Shown piece after piece: positions 10,881 to 21,122 of a stretch of 64,000 nt of DNA. The translations under genes were made by a program, and so were the position numbers. The DNA is taken from the sequence record PP355768.1. One strand, given 5' to 3'. Positions within the stretch are counted from its first letter, which is position 1. The number at the start of each line of letters is the position of its first letter. The notes under the pieces were generated by a model. It had not been told where the DNA came from and ran no database searches. It worked only from the letters and a program-made list of their open reading frames with translations.

Positions 10881-13800
10881 TTAATTCAGGTTCTTTAAGC
10901 TCAGCCCTTGTTCATTCAAGGCTAACTCTACAGCTGCCTGGAATGCCGCAGGATTTTCCAATGCGTACTCCATAAAGCTCTTAGCATCCATCGCCTGGAT
11001 ATTCAGCTGAACAGGTCTTCCAGTACTGCCAGAAGAAGTTCCAGAGGCTACCTCATCCGACGGAGTTACCTTGGTAGGTACCATAGGAGTTGCAACTTCT
11101 GTACCATGTTCCCCCATTTTGTAGGAGACACCTGGATAGGTATTACCGCCTTCTGCACGAGGAATGAATCCGTTAGCACTTCCTATGCCTTTGTCACCGC
11201 GAACGTAGGACAGTTCACCTGAGCTTGCACCCATGCTAACGTCTACGTTCTTCTGGCGCTCACCTAAAGTCAGGTAAGAAGCGGTGTCACCTCCAGACCC
11301 CGCGATATCGGTCATTCCAGTAGCACTAGATGCTTGTGCTAGAGATAAAGCACCTGCAAGTCCAGCCGCGATCATCAGAGGGATAGAGAATGGGTACGGA
11401 ACAGCTGTTGCTGCCTGCATTACCGCTACTGCTGTCTGGATAATGATTTGCTTCTTAGCAGATTCCTGCTGAAGTTTAATCTTCTCCGCTTCCATCTTCT
11501 TGATCTTGTTCTTAGACTGCTCAGATTTACCATCACGCTTCTGCTCTGCCGCGATGGCTGCATCAATTGCCGAAATCTGCTGGTTAGTACCGTAGCTGAT
11601 CATCTGACTAACTGTCTGCATGCCTGCTGCAATCATGGACGTAGTATCCAGAGATCCCTGAGAGAACTGGATCATAGCGTTAGCTAAGTTCCCCATACTT
11701 TGAGCTGTAGCAGTGGCCTCCGAGTTTAGCTGAGAGAGCTTACTGATAGCTGTATCGTACGACGCCATCTGGTTTTCCATATCGGCAAATTTCTTATCCT
11801 CTCCTTCCAGACCCGTAGTAGGCGTATAGTCTGCGCCCACTGACTGTCCTACGCGATCCATCATCTGTGCGTTACGCTGAGACTTGAGAGCTGCCATTTG
11901 AGCAGTAGTGTTGGCAATCTCCTTACTCCAACGCGCCTGTTCATCAGCGTTACCTTTCGTGAATTCCTTCATTTCTTGGTAGAACGCTAGCTGCTCCTGC
12001 ATTTTCTGTGACTCTCCCATTAGAGGCTTCATGCTTTGATTGCGCTCGAATTCTTCTTTACGCATCTCAGCAGTTTTAGCGTTACGATCTAACTGCTCTT
12101 TCCAGATCTCTCTTTCAACTGCCCCGTCTAACGCTGCGTTGTCAAATGTGTATAATCCATTACTTGCTTCAACGTTCTGTGCAATATTGAGTTTTCCTGC
12201 CAGTTCTGGGTTTTCCTTTTGAGCCTTAGATAGAGCGGAATCCCTAGCATCTTTCCATTTTTGAATAGCTCCCGCAGAGTCTGCTAACTCCTGCTGTAAC
12301 ATATACGCCTGTCTACGCATATCTGCAGTCTGTTGTGTAAACTCTTTGTTAGCTTTAGAGGCTCCTAAGGTAAGCAGGTTACCGAACCCACTATAGTTGG
12401 CAGCTGTGGCTAGTGTGGTGGACATATCCATCTTCGCCTCTCTATCCATTATCTCCTTATTAAGAGCTGCCAGCTTATTTTTTACTTCCTCTTTCGCCTT
12501 AACTGCTTCATCCAAGCCTTTCTGGGAAGCCTCAAGGTTCATAACCACTGCGTTAGAGTCTTTACCGTCCATCTGCTTAATCGACTCTTGCTGGGCAGTA
12601 GCTGCCTCTGCAGATACCGAAGCCTTAGATGTGTAAAACGCCGCGTTTATAGACGCAATAACTGGACCGAGATATTTAGCCGCCGCTTGTTGAACCTTGC
12701 GTAATGCAGAATCCGCGTTAGCCGCAAATTGCTCCCAAGGGGTTGCTCTTAGCACTTCGTCAAGGTAGCCGAAACGTTTAGTAGATTCCGCTACTACCGC
12801 ATTAGCATACGCCTGCTGCTTCTGGAAGGAAGTTAGGCCCTGGATATTATACGTTATACCAGTGTTAGCCGCATTAAGTATCTTAACGTATTCGGCATAC
12901 GCATCGTTTAAACGGATGGTTACACCTAATTCGTCTAGAAGTTCAATTTCCTGCTTGGACACACCCTTGATTACACGGTTGAGTGCATCGGTCATATCAA
13001 CTCCGAGAGTAGCCGCGGCCCTACGTGCAACTAGAGCAAACTCGCTGATCTGTTTGGCATCGAAACCGTAAGCTGCCGCAGTAGATGCCTGGCGCATTGC
13101 CTCCTCAAAGGATACCGCGTGGCCGGTAGCTTCCTGCAGTGCCACAGCAAGGGACTGAATAGGTGTACCTGTCTTCGCCCCTACGATAGAGCCAAACTGT
13201 TCTAAGCGGTTCAGCTGGTCTCCAAGTTTTAGCTGATCAAACGCTGCCTTAAGCACGTATACGTTAGAGGCTATAGCACCGTAGATAAGAGGCATAGGGC
13301 CAGTCACCATAGCTAGTGCTGCGAAGTTCCTAGTAGCCCCACGAGCAGATCCTGAAGTATTTCCCAACGCTCTAGACGCCCTATTAGCAGCGCTACCTGT
13401 ACCCGTTAACGTTGAGTTCAGCCCACCTAAACCAGTATTAACATCACGAATACCTGCGTTCAGATCTGTTAATTTGTCGGATACCTTGTCCGTACTACGT
13501 GCCATATCGGCCATGGTGGTGTTCATTTTGTTGCCCATAGCTTCAATGGAGGTTACAATCCTGTTCATTTCCGCCACTAAGGCACCCATATTGAACGCTG
13601 CAGGGTTACCACCTCCCCCAGCTTGTCCGAGGCGTATACGTTTGGCTATTAACTTATCTATCGCAGCAGCAGAACGTATCGCAGCAGCTTCAATAGCATT
13701 GAGCTCCGGTACCACTTTCTGGAAGTTGTTAATCATTCTCGTAGATGACGAGGTTGATTTAGACGCCATATCCTGAAATCCCTTGGAGAACCCGCGTTCT

Positions 13801-14951
13801 AGTATTTGAGACGTAGAGGCCAGTTTAGTCTCCAAGGCATTTAATGAGGCCGTTGCGGCATTGAATTGCGCGGGTAATTGAAGTACTCCCCTACCAGCCT
13901 GTATTTTTGACAGTGCGGAGTTAACCTGTACGGCGGCCTTAGCCAGCTGAGTGAGTGACGGTACCATACCTCTGATTGAGTTGCCCAGTGGGTTTAGGTT
14001 TCCTGTACCACCCATAGTGGCGAAAGCCCTAGATAGGTCATTTAGACTCTTCTCGATACCAGTTACAGACCCTTCTAATTGCGTGCGCAACTGCGTCATT
14101 GAGGTACCTATCTTCCCAACAACTGTAGGTACAGCAGAAAGATTTGCCCCTGCTTTAATGCTTTGTAGTGCTTTTCCTGCTGCCACAGCATCTGTGTTAA
14201 GTTGTTTTAAAGAGGCTGTTACTCTAGAGATATCCGAGGTAGAAGCTGCAGCTGCTGTGGATATCTCTGAGATTAGCTTACTCAGACCGCTTCCGGTTCC
14301 TACGGTTTTCATTGATGCTGCAGCTGTAGAGGTGGTGGATATTAAAGATGTAAGGGCTGCCTTAATCTTAGATATCTCGGCTACCGAGGTATTGGCTGCA
14401 GTGGCTAAGCTAGTATTAATCTTCTGGATTTCAGTCCCCAGACTACTCAGTTTGGTTCCTGGAGCAATATTTGCTATAGATTTACTCGCTAAATCAGCTT
14501 TTACTGCCAGCTCAAGAAGTAGTTTGTTTAGCTTATTCACCTCCTCGCCCATGGAAGATACAGCTACGGAAATCCCAGATGCCGCCTTGCTTAGATGCTC
14601 TCCAGTAGCCACTAATGGGTCAGCTTTCAATCCCTGAAGAGACTTGAGTACTGATTTGGCTAAATCAGCCTCGAATGTGGTAAATTTGCCACTTAGCATA
14701 CCAATAGAGGAAGCTAAGGTTGTTAAACTAGTAGTTGACGCCAGTTTCTCCAGAGATTTCTGAGTCCTAGATACCGAACGCTCCACTGAGGTGAACGTTG
14801 CAGGAAGCTTGCCCAGACTCTGGTTGAGACCCTCAGAACTCTGAGTGGCTCCGTCTAAAGCAGCTTCAACATCCCTGATTTGTTTAGCGGCTTTGGATCC
14901 ACCACGCTGCTTGATATCTACAAGTAACTCTCGTATTAGTCTATCTGTCAT
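10881..14951 (-). CDS. pb2: Tape measure protein pb2, with an N-terminal expansion and an in-frame internal deletion relative to T5
   Basis: MTDRLIRELL.D.KQ.G start, GDQLNRLE and AAAKYLGPVI core and ELALNE.G end match T5 pb2; start placed at ATG 14951. Confidence 0.92.
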   Translation of the reverse strand: MTDRLIRELLVDIKQRGGSKAAKQIRDVEAALDGATQSSEGLNQSLGKLPATFTSVERSVSRTQKSLEKLASTTSLTTLASSIGMLSGKFTTFEADLAKSVLKSLQGLKADPLVATGEHLSKAASGISVAVSSMGEEVNKLNKLLLELAVKADLASKSIANIAPGTKLSSLGTEIQKINTSLATAANTSVAEISKIKAALTSLISTTSTAAASMKTVGTGSGLSKLISEISTAAAASTSDISRVTASLKQLNTDAVAAGKALQSIKAGANLSAVPTVVGKIGTSMTQLRTQLEGSVTGIEKSLNDLSRAFATMGGTGNLNPLGNSIRGMVPSLTQLAKAAVQVNSALSKIQAGRGVLQLPAQFNAATASLNALETKLASTSQILERGFSKGFQDMASKSTSSSTRMINNFQKVVPELNAIEAAAIRSAAAIDKLIAKRIRLGQAGGGGNPAAFNMGALVAEMNRIVTSIEAMGNKMNTTMADMARSTDKVSDKLTDLNAGIRDVNTGLGGLNSTLTGTGSAANRASRALGNTSGSARGATRNFAALAMVTGPMPLIYGAIASNVYVLKAAFDQLKLGDQLNRLEQFGSIVGAKTGTPIQSLAVALQEATGHAVSFEEAMRQASTAAAYGFDAKQISEFALVARRAAATLGVDMTDALNRVIKGVSKQEIELLDELGVTIRLNDAYAEYVKILNAANTGITYNIQGLTSFQKQQAYANAVVAESTKRFGYLDEVLRATPWEQFAANADSALRKVQQAAAKYLGPVIASINAAFYTSKASVSAEAATAQQESIKQMDGKDSNAVVMNLEASQKGLDEAVKAKEEVKNKLAALNKEIMDREAKMDMSTTLATAANYSGFGNLLTLGASKANKEFTQQTADMRRQAYMLQQELADSAGAIQKWKDARDSALSKAQKENPELAGKLNIAQNVEASNGLYTFDNAALDGAVEREIWKEQLDRNAKTAEMRKEEFERNQSMKPLMGESQKMQEQLAFYQEMKEFTKGNADEQARWSKEIANTTAQMAALKSQRNAQMMDRVGQSVGADYTPTTGLEGEDKKFADMENQMASYDTAISKLSQLNSEATATAQSMGNLANAMIQFSQGSLDTTSMIAAGMQTVSQMISYGTNQQISAIDAAIAAEQKRDGKSEQSKNKIKKMEAEKIKLQQESAKKQIIIQTAVAVMQAATAVPYPFSIPLMIAAGLAGALSLAQASSATGMTDIAGSGGDTASYLTLGERQKNVDVSMGASSGELSYVRGDKGIGSANGFIPRAEGGNTYPGVSYKMGEHGTEVATPMVPTKVTPSDEVASGTSSGSTGRPVQLNIQAMDAKSFMEYALENPAAFQAAVELALNEQGLSLKNLN

Positions 14952-14962
14952 GATTTTTTCCA

Positions 14963-14996
14963 ATAAAAAAGGCCTAGGGCATTAACCCTAGGCCAA
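14963..14996 (-). terminator. Hairpin/terminator between chaperone genes and pb2
   Basis: GGCCTAGGG-6-CCCTAGGCC stem plus T6 on the minus strand. Confidence 0.7.
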
Positions 14997-15035
14997 GCCT
15001 CACGTGGAACGCCCGTTGGAGGAAATTGAAACTCA

Positions 15036-15476
15036 CTACCTGTTAGAAGACTTCATCTTAGACTTCTTAATAGCTGCCTCAACGCGTTTGCGTGATGCCG
15101 CCACAGCATGTGAGTCGAATATGTTAATGATTTGGAGTATCAGACTCTTCTCATCAGCGTCTTCAACTCCGTAAACATCGAAGAAAACTAAAAGGGCACT
15201 CTTATCTTTACCTAAGTAGGTTGGGTAGTCTCCTGGAATATAGTTATCAGATAAGTTATTATATATTGTCAGAGCAGTTTGAGCGATTTCAGGAAAGTCG
15301 TGTATCTCCACGAACCGTTTGAGAACCTCGGGGTTGGGTTCCTCCCCCAATGATTCACACATCGTTAAATACTGCTCTCTTGTTATTTTGGAGTCTCCTC
15401 CTTTAACACATCGTTCTGCGAAGGCATCAATCTCCTTAAGCAGTCGGTTCCGGTTTTGAGTCACGAAAAGTGTCAA
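15036..15476 (-). CDS. Tail assembly chaperone, second ORF (lambda T-like, T5 p138-like), probably reached by a frameshift
   Basis: Overlaps the end of the upstream chaperone in the +1 frame; no upstream ATG; T5 position before the tape measure gene. Confidence 0.75.
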   Translation of the reverse strand: MTLFVTQNRNRLLKEIDAFAERCVKGGDSKITREQYLTMCESLGEEPNPEVLKRFVEIHDFPEIAQTALTIYNNLSDNYIPGDYPTYLGKDKSALLVFFDVYGVEDADEKSLILQIINIFDSHAVAASRKRVEAAIKKSKMKSSNR

Positions 15477-15858
15477 GGTGGAAGACGGTACTATTCATCC
15501 AGGTTTCGAAGGCGCTAGAGTTACGCACTAGCATCACAGCGTTATCGATGCTGAACTCTACTTTATCGCCCAGTCGATCTTCTGGCACGTCGATAAGCAT
15601 CAGTTTTTCAACATCCGCTACTGTCAGGCCTTCCCAACCTTCGATTGCTACCTTGACGAACTCTTCTGCGAATTTATCGTCATTCTGAACCTTTACAGCA
15701 ATACCATTAACAAACTGGGTTTCCTGCGCAGCCTCCAGAATTTTCTTAGACAGCTTACGAGAAACGTAGTTTACCTTCAGTTTGAAGTGTGGCAGCCCTG
15801 GGTACGCAACAGTAATCTGTTTGGTGTCTAGTGCAATATCTTTTAAGTTAATACTCAT
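15436..15858 (-). CDS. Tail assembly chaperone (lambda G-like, T5 p139-like)
   Basis: 140 aa; position between p140 and the tape measure gene. Confidence 0.8.
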   Translation of the reverse strand: MSINLKDIALDTKQITVAYPGLPHFKLKVNYVSRKLSKKILEAAQETQFVNGIAVKVQNDDKFAEEFVKVAIEGWEGLTVADVEKLMLIDVPEDRLGDKVEFSIDNAVMLVRNSSAFETWMNSTVFHLDTFRDSKPEPTA

Positions 15859-15861
15859 TTG

Positions 15862-16749
15862 TTATTCTCCAATTAGCTTTATTCGGACAGGGTCTGATTG
15901 TTCAGTAGGAATTACATCATAGTCGACCTTGTACACGTCGGTTAAGTCTAGGCGTTTTGTGATTCGAGTGGAAGGAAAGTCCACCACAATATATTTATTT
16001 CTGATTTGTACCGGTAGGCCAACATCAGGCTTAATGTTATGCGTAGAATCTATCTGGAGACTCTTTGCATAATACATCGATATCAAAGCGGATGAGTTCA
16101 ATTCGTTAACGATTGCCCTCCTATTATTATAAATCTTATTGATATCGAATAAACTTCTGTCACCACGCCATTCACATTGTTGCTGGAATGACATACCGGC
16201 TGACATAAGCCCTGGGAGCACTCTCCCATTCGAAGATACCTGAGGTAATGAAAATGGTAGCACCTCACCTTGATCAAGCGTATAGCTATTGAGTGGGTGG
16301 CCTACTTCCTCAAAGTATCCCGACTCGATACCAACGTTTAGCACCGGGACACTTTTATCTAGAGAAAAGTCGCAGGTGGTAGCAAAACAGTTATCGAAAC
16401 GTAAGCTCGTGTTCTTGTTAATAATATATACGGAGAACATTTTAGGCTCAATATTATTACTGAACAAGGGCATCTGATACATTCCGTCTATCTCTATAAA
16501 CCCCATCAACTCGAAAAATAGACCCTCGAGAGCATTACTAGAGAAGTTAAGAGTTAGAGAAATTGAAGAAGGAGACTGAGCAGTTATCTTCGAATAGGCG
16601 TAGTTACTGCGTCTGTGAATCGTCCTACGATTTGCCTTAAACTCTTCGTAGGACGTTCCAGCAGTGTAATCAGACAGGGCGTCGAATCCGTACGCCCTGC
16701 CATCGTACTCGATGACTACTCTAGACTCCCGCATTAGGGAGTATAGCAT
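15862..16749 (-). CDS. Baseplate tube / minor tail protein (T5 p140-like)
   Basis: 295 aa, MLYSLMRES.V.IEYDGR; synteny after pb6. Confidence 0.85.
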   Translation of the reverse strand: MLYSLMRESRVVIEYDGRAYGFDALSDYTAGTSYEEFKANRRTIHRRSNYAYSKITAQSPSSISLTLNFSSNALEGLFFELMGFIEIDGMYQMPLFSNNIEPKMFSVYIINKNTSLRFDNCFATTCDFSLDKSVPVLNVGIESGYFEEVGHPLNSYTLDQGEVLPFSLPQVSSNGRVLPGLMSAGMSFQQQCEWRGDRSLFDINKIYNNRRAIVNELNSSALISMYYAKSLQIDSTHNIKPDVGLPVQIRNKYIVVDFPSTRITKRLDLTDVYKVDYDVIPTEQSDPVRIKLIGE

Positions 16750-16758
16750 TAGTTATCC

Positions 16759-17886
16759 TTATGGAGTGACTGGGTTACCGTCACCAGAACTGATTAGCTT
16801 CGCGATTGAAGTCTTGGTGTACTTAGAAGAGAAACCTAAGTAACCCTCGTCCCCTGCGTCCATCTGAGTAGGAATAGCTTTGAACTCAATAGATACACCA
16901 AGCACATCATCAGTTTCGATTGACGGGATATTCAGGTTAGCGTGTTTAGCCACCAGAACAGCTGCCGGACGAGCAGTGTCATATTCCCCACCTAAGATGA
17001 TTGCAACTTCGAAGTCGTTCACAGCTTTCAGGTCAGATACCAGATCTTTATATAGCTGGATAGAACCGTTGGCAGCATCATTCATGTATGCAGTCAGAGA
17101 ACCGGTAAGCTCGAAGGAACCAGTAAATGAGCCGATCGGAACATCAACACGTGACATGATGTTAGGCGTCAGGTACGTTACGTTGTTGTTCATAGTGAAG
17201 GAACCCCCGGTGATCGGGATGTTATAAGTCTTACCACCAACAGCGTTGTTCTTCAGCTTAAGGATAGTCAGCTTGTTCTTGATATAAGAACTCTGAAGTT
17301 TAGCATACAGAGTATCGTCAATCCCAATGGTGTTAGGGGCAAATGGCTGCGTAGATAAGGTCTCCAGACGGGTACCATTGCCCGACCAGGTTACACGACC
17401 AATGTCGTCGATATCCACGTTAACTTCTGCCTGCCCAACCTGGCAGTTCTTGATCACAGACCAAGCATTGTCAGTCAGAATGTAGATATGCAGCATGGCC
17501 AGTTCGTGGTATGCGTTATCCTTGAAGTTGACAACAAGGTTGGTATCGTTCTGGAAGACACCAGTAGCGCTTGCTAAGTTCACAGCGGCGCCAGTTGACA
17601 GCCCGTGCCACAGTAGGTAGTCCGGTAGAATCTGTTTACCTGCGTCGTCATACGGCAGGATATAAGTGGAGAAGCTCCACTCAGCAGCGTTCAATGAATC
17701 GTTAAAGCGCTGCGAACCGCGGGTCGGCTTAGGACCAGCCTCATTTAGGGTAATATCAGTGGAGTTACTGTCCTGGCTCCAGGAGACATCATCCTGAACT
17801 AGGATCTCCTGAGTGTTGGCCTTAGTGAACCCCGTAGTAACGGTTGACACGAAGATTCGTGTATTACGTAATAGTTGTACAGACAT
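16759..17886 (-). CDS. pb6: Major tail tube protein pb6, without the C-terminal Ig domain
   Basis: MSVQLLRNTRIFVSTV matches the T5 pb6 tube domain; 375 aa. Confidence 0.93.
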   Translation of the reverse strand: MSVQLLRNTRIFVSTVTTGFTKANTQEILVQDDVSWSQDSNSTDITLNEAGPKPTRGSQRFNDSLNAAEWSFSTYILPYDDAGKQILPDYLLWHGLSTGAAVNLASATGVFQNDTNLVVNFKDNAYHELAMLHIYILTDNAWSVIKNCQVGQAEVNVDIDDIGRVTWSGNGTRLETLSTQPFAPNTIGIDDTLYAKLQSSYIKNKLTILKLKNNAVGGKTYNIPITGGSFTMNNNVTYLTPNIMSRVDVPIGSFTGSFELTGSLTAYMNDAANGSIQLYKDLVSDLKAVNDFEVAIILGGEYDTARPAAVLVAKHANLNIPSIETDDVLGVSIEFKAIPTQMDAGDEGYLGFSSKYTKTSIAKLISSGDGNPVTP

Positions 17887-17909
17887 TTAAATTTCTCCTG
17901 AGCTGTAAC

Positions 17910-18395
17910 TTATCTATCCAGCGCTCTTCTCAGAGGCATATACCGGACTGTTACGTTAACTTGAGCAAAACCAAACGGGGACAGTATACCCTCGTCTGTG
18001 GACACCGACGTGATCTGCATGTCAGTGGCTTCAGAATCGATAGTTGAACCATCAGGTTTCATTATAGTATATTGTAAATTTCCTCCAGTGTCAATAGAGG
18101 TTTTTACATCCGCTATGAGTTTCTCAAGTTGCATGTTAATATCATCCTTTTCTTTATCATAGATAAGAATAGGAATTTCAAGGTAAACCCACTGCTGTGC
18201 AGACGGCAGGTAGTTTCCAGTTTCGGTACCCACATGGACTGCTATGTAAGGGAACTCATTGATCTGCTCAAACGAATAAGTCTGGCGGGATACGTTCCCA
18301 TACATATTAGTAAAGAACTCTGTGGGATTACTCCCGTCCATGTCCTTCTTCAGTCGTTCCACTAGGGCATCAGCAATACTTGTTCTGTAATTCAT
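17910..18395 (-). CDS. Tail terminator protein (T5 p142-like)
   Basis: 161 aa; synteny. Confidence 0.85.
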   Translation of the reverse strand: MNYRTSIADALVERLKKDMDGSNPTEFFTNMYGNVSRQTYSFEQINEFPYIAVHVGTETGNYLPSAQQWVYLEIPILIYDKEKDDINMQLEKLIADVKTSIDTGGNLQYTIMKPDGSTIDSEATDMQITSVSTDEGILSPFGFAQVNVTVRYMPLRRALDR

Positions 18396-19156
18396 TATGT
18401 ACCCTGATTTACTCTTATCCGGTATCTAGAATGGATAAGGTCTCTTGCAGCCTTAGCGATTGCCTCGCCGATCAGCTTCTGCGGGTTCCTAGCACCAGGG
18501 AAAGGCCGTAAGGAAAGTCCGCGGTAGGTAGAGACGGCAGGATTGAACACAGAGTAAGGCTTAAGCATGTAGTTATACGTGATGTTGAGGTCAGGATTCT
18601 TTGCCCCCGCGTCTTCTCTTAACAGCACGTCTTTAATTTTCAAGGAGTTAGCGAAACGCCCCGTTCTAAATTTAAGGGGTGCCCCAGCTTTTTTCATATC
18701 CTTGACTAAGTATTCTTTCGCTACGAGTTCAAGTAACGCTCTAAGGTTTGTGTTTGAGACGAAACGCCCAGAAGCGCCAGAAATAGCACCAGCGTAACCG
18801 TTGTCAGCATCTGAAGGATCTCCAAAGTTAACCTCTACCCTACCGGTAGATCGTTTTCTTCCTATCGTGGATTTTTTACCAGTGATACTATTTAGAAGGT
18901 TATCGATAACACCAACGTCGCCTTCTAAGTTAAGTGACGACGAGACAGCTTTTAAAATAGAGGACGTCCGAACATTCAGTAAGTCCTCCGATACCGGCTT
19001 GGTAAATCGGAAGGATACCTTGCCTATGGTGCCATCTTTGTGGTTATCCATAGTTTCCGCGGTATATACCACGGTGTTCTTAGTGGAGTGGCTGCCACCA
19101 CTCATAATGTCCAGCTGTTCTTTAACTATCTGTCGAGCTAGATCGCCTAACGCCAC
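18395..19156 (-). CDS. Tail completion protein (T5 p143-like)
   Basis: 253 aa, FRTGRFANSL motif; synteny. Confidence 0.85.
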   Translation of the reverse strand: MALGDLARQIVKEQLDIMSGGSHSTKNTVVYTAETMDNHKDGTIGKVSFRFTKPVSEDLLNVRTSSILKAVSSSLNLEGDVGVIDNLLNSITGKKSTIGRKRSTGRVEVNFGDPSDADNGYAGAISGASGRFVSNTNLRALLELVAKEYLVKDMKKAGAPLKFRTGRFANSLKIKDVLLREDAGAKNPDLNITYNYMLKPYSVFNPAVSTYRGLSLRPFPGARNPQKLIGEAIAKAARDLIHSRYRIRVNQGT

Positions 19157-19668
19157 TACAGCCTCCGGTACACTTCGATTATAGTACGGATGTGTTCCGG
19201 TACGCCAGATTTAGTAGTATTGAAAGTAACGGTTTCTCCGCCAAATGTACGAGACTCGCGGTAGTCTTTCTTAACCCAATGATCAACTAGGAAGCATGCT
19301 GCTAGTACCAAGTCATCAGGGATAGAGGTAAAGCCGGTCTGAGTAAACTCTACTTCCATATACCCCTCTGGAGGAGAGAATTTCAGCAAGAGCGTACCAT
19401 CCGGGTAGTTCTTATATTGCGACTTATCGATCTCCTGATCGTTAATCGTAATTTTAGTGATCGTGCTAGGCACGGGAGAAGATAGGAAGTACTTTTTGCG
19501 TGCTGGTTTAGTAGGCAGAACGTCTACAACGTTAGCAGTGTCGTCAATACCTAGAAGCTGAGTAATCAGAGCATTAGCCGCTTTGATTAACATTGGGATA
19601 TTTGACTCTAAGTCAGGACGTTTAAGGCCTCCATATGTTCTCCAATCAGAATCTGTCATGAATTGCAT
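19156..19668 (-). CDS. Head completion protein (T5 p144-like)
   Basis: 170 aa; directly after the major capsid gene. Confidence 0.85.
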   Translation of the reverse strand: MQFMTDSDWRTYGGLKRPDLESNIPMLIKAANALITQLLGIDDTANVVDVLPTKPARKKYFLSSPVPSTITKITINDQEIDKSQYKNYPDGTLLLKFSPPEGYMEVEFTQTGFTSIPDDLVLAACFLVDHWVKKDYRESRTFGGETVTFNTTKSGVPEHIRTIIEVYRRL

Positions 19669-19679
19669 ATTTTACCCAA

Positions 19680-19709
19680 TAAAAAAGGAGAGCCGAAGCT
19701 CTCCTTTAG
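19680..19709 (-). terminator. Intrinsic terminator after the major capsid gene
   Basis: Minus strand reads GGAGAGC-TTCG-GCTCTCC followed by a T tract. Confidence 0.85.
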
Positions 19710-19726
19710 TCGGCAGTATAGCCAAA

Positions 19727-21109
19727 TTAAGCAGCGTAAGCACCAGCAACTACGCCGTTCTCGAAGAAACGCATCAGGTTCAGACGCTGAGTAACGTAGT
19801 ACGCATCGCGCTGACGTTCAGCCTGACGCTCTTTCTCAACGGTGATTGCACGCTGACGAGGAACGATGAAGTTGTCACGGTAAACAACCACACAGAACGC
19901 AGCGCTTGCAGCCTTAGCTGGGAAGAACTCGGAAACCAGTACCGGCAGACCGTAGATGCGGCCAACCTGACCCTGCAGTTTGATAGCGGTGGTAGCGGTA
20001 ACCTGTGCAACGTCCTGGAACTCTTCATCTTCGATCAGATCGTAGTAAGCATCCATCGAAACAACCAGAGCCAGTTTGTTCAGATCCAGACCGTGGCGGC
20101 CCAGTGAACGACGCAGCTTGTGAATTTCTTTAGCGGTAACTTTAACAGAACCGTCAGCTTTAGCAGTGGTAGCAACCACTTTACCATCGTCTTTAGCGAA
20201 CTGGATCAGACCTTTCGGAGTACCAGCAGCACCAGTACCAGTCAGGAACGCTTTTTCGATTGCGATAGCGTGAGCTTCAATCAGGCGACGACGCATGATC
20301 GGCAGCAGAGTGAAGATAGCATCTTCTTCTGTTTCGTCGGTCATATACGCTTTAGCAGCCAGCTTATAGGTTTTGAAGGTGATTTCAGACAGCTTGGTTT
20401 TGTCTTCCGCACCAACAGTAGCAGGAGTACCGTAAGTAGAGGCGTCAACCCAGCTAGCTTCACCAGCTTCCGGCTCAACCATCATGGTCAGCAATTTGCT
20501 AGACATCGGCAGTTCTTCGAACATGGTACCGATAATCAGTTTAGCCTGAATGTCACGCAGGATACGCAGGGAGAAGATGGTTTCGTACGCTTCGGTAGAA
20601 ACTTCGATAGAAGAAGAGCCGTTAACAGCTTTCAGGTGGGCTTCGCCACGCTTAGTACCGAATACATCTTTCTGCATTACATAGGACAGAAGAACCAGTT
20701 TCTCAACTTCGTCTTCGAAATCTTCCTGCTTACCAAACATTGCCTTAGCAACGCCATCAGCTACGAAAGAGCGACTATTTTCACGAGCGGCCAGCAGAGA
20801 TTTGATTTCTTCTTTCAGACCAGTGATTTCTTCCTGCTGGGAGTTCATTGCTTTAACGAACGCTTCAGCGGACTGTTTGGATTTCTCATCCAGGTTTTTT
20901 ACGAGCTCCAGAGCTTCTGCCAGGTTTTTACGGTCTTCACCAGTTGCTTTAGCAACCAGGTCTTCCATACGCTTGAGTTCTTTAGCTTCCTGCTCAGCAG
21001 CAAATTTGCGAGCTTCTTCAGCTTTCTGAGAGGCGGTTAGACCTTTAAGCTGCTCAGCAATGTCACCCAGGCCCAGATCTTTAGACAGTTGTGCGATATC
21101 GTAAGACAT
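19727..21109 (-). CDS. pb8: Major capsid protein pb8 with N-terminal coiled-coil scaffold (delta) domain
   Basis: 460 aa; acidic coiled-coil N-terminus then an HK97-fold sequence recognisable as T5 pb8. Confidence 0.95.
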   Translation of the reverse strand: MSYDIAQLSKDLGLGDIAEQLKGLTASQKAEEARKFAAEQEAKELKRMEDLVAKATGEDRKNLAEALELVKNLDEKSKQSAEAFVKAMNSQQEEITGLKEEIKSLLAARENSRSFVADGVAKAMFGKQEDFEDEVEKLVLLSYVMQKDVFGTKRGEAHLKAVNGSSSIEVSTEAYETIFSLRILRDIQAKLIIGTMFEELPMSSKLLTMMVEPEAGEASWVDASTYGTPATVGAEDKTKLSEITFKTYKLAAKAYMTDETEEDAIFTLLPIMRRRLIEAHAIAIEKAFLTGTGAAGTPKGLIQFAKDDGKVVATTAKADGSVKVTAKEIHKLRRSLGRHGLDLNKLALVVSMDAYYDLIEDEEFQDVAQVTATTAIKLQGQVGRIYGLPVLVSEFFPAKAASAAFCVVVYRDNFIVPRQRAITVEKERQAERQRDAYYVTQRLNLMRFFENGVVAGAYAA

Positions 21110-21122
21110 TATTATTTCTCCA

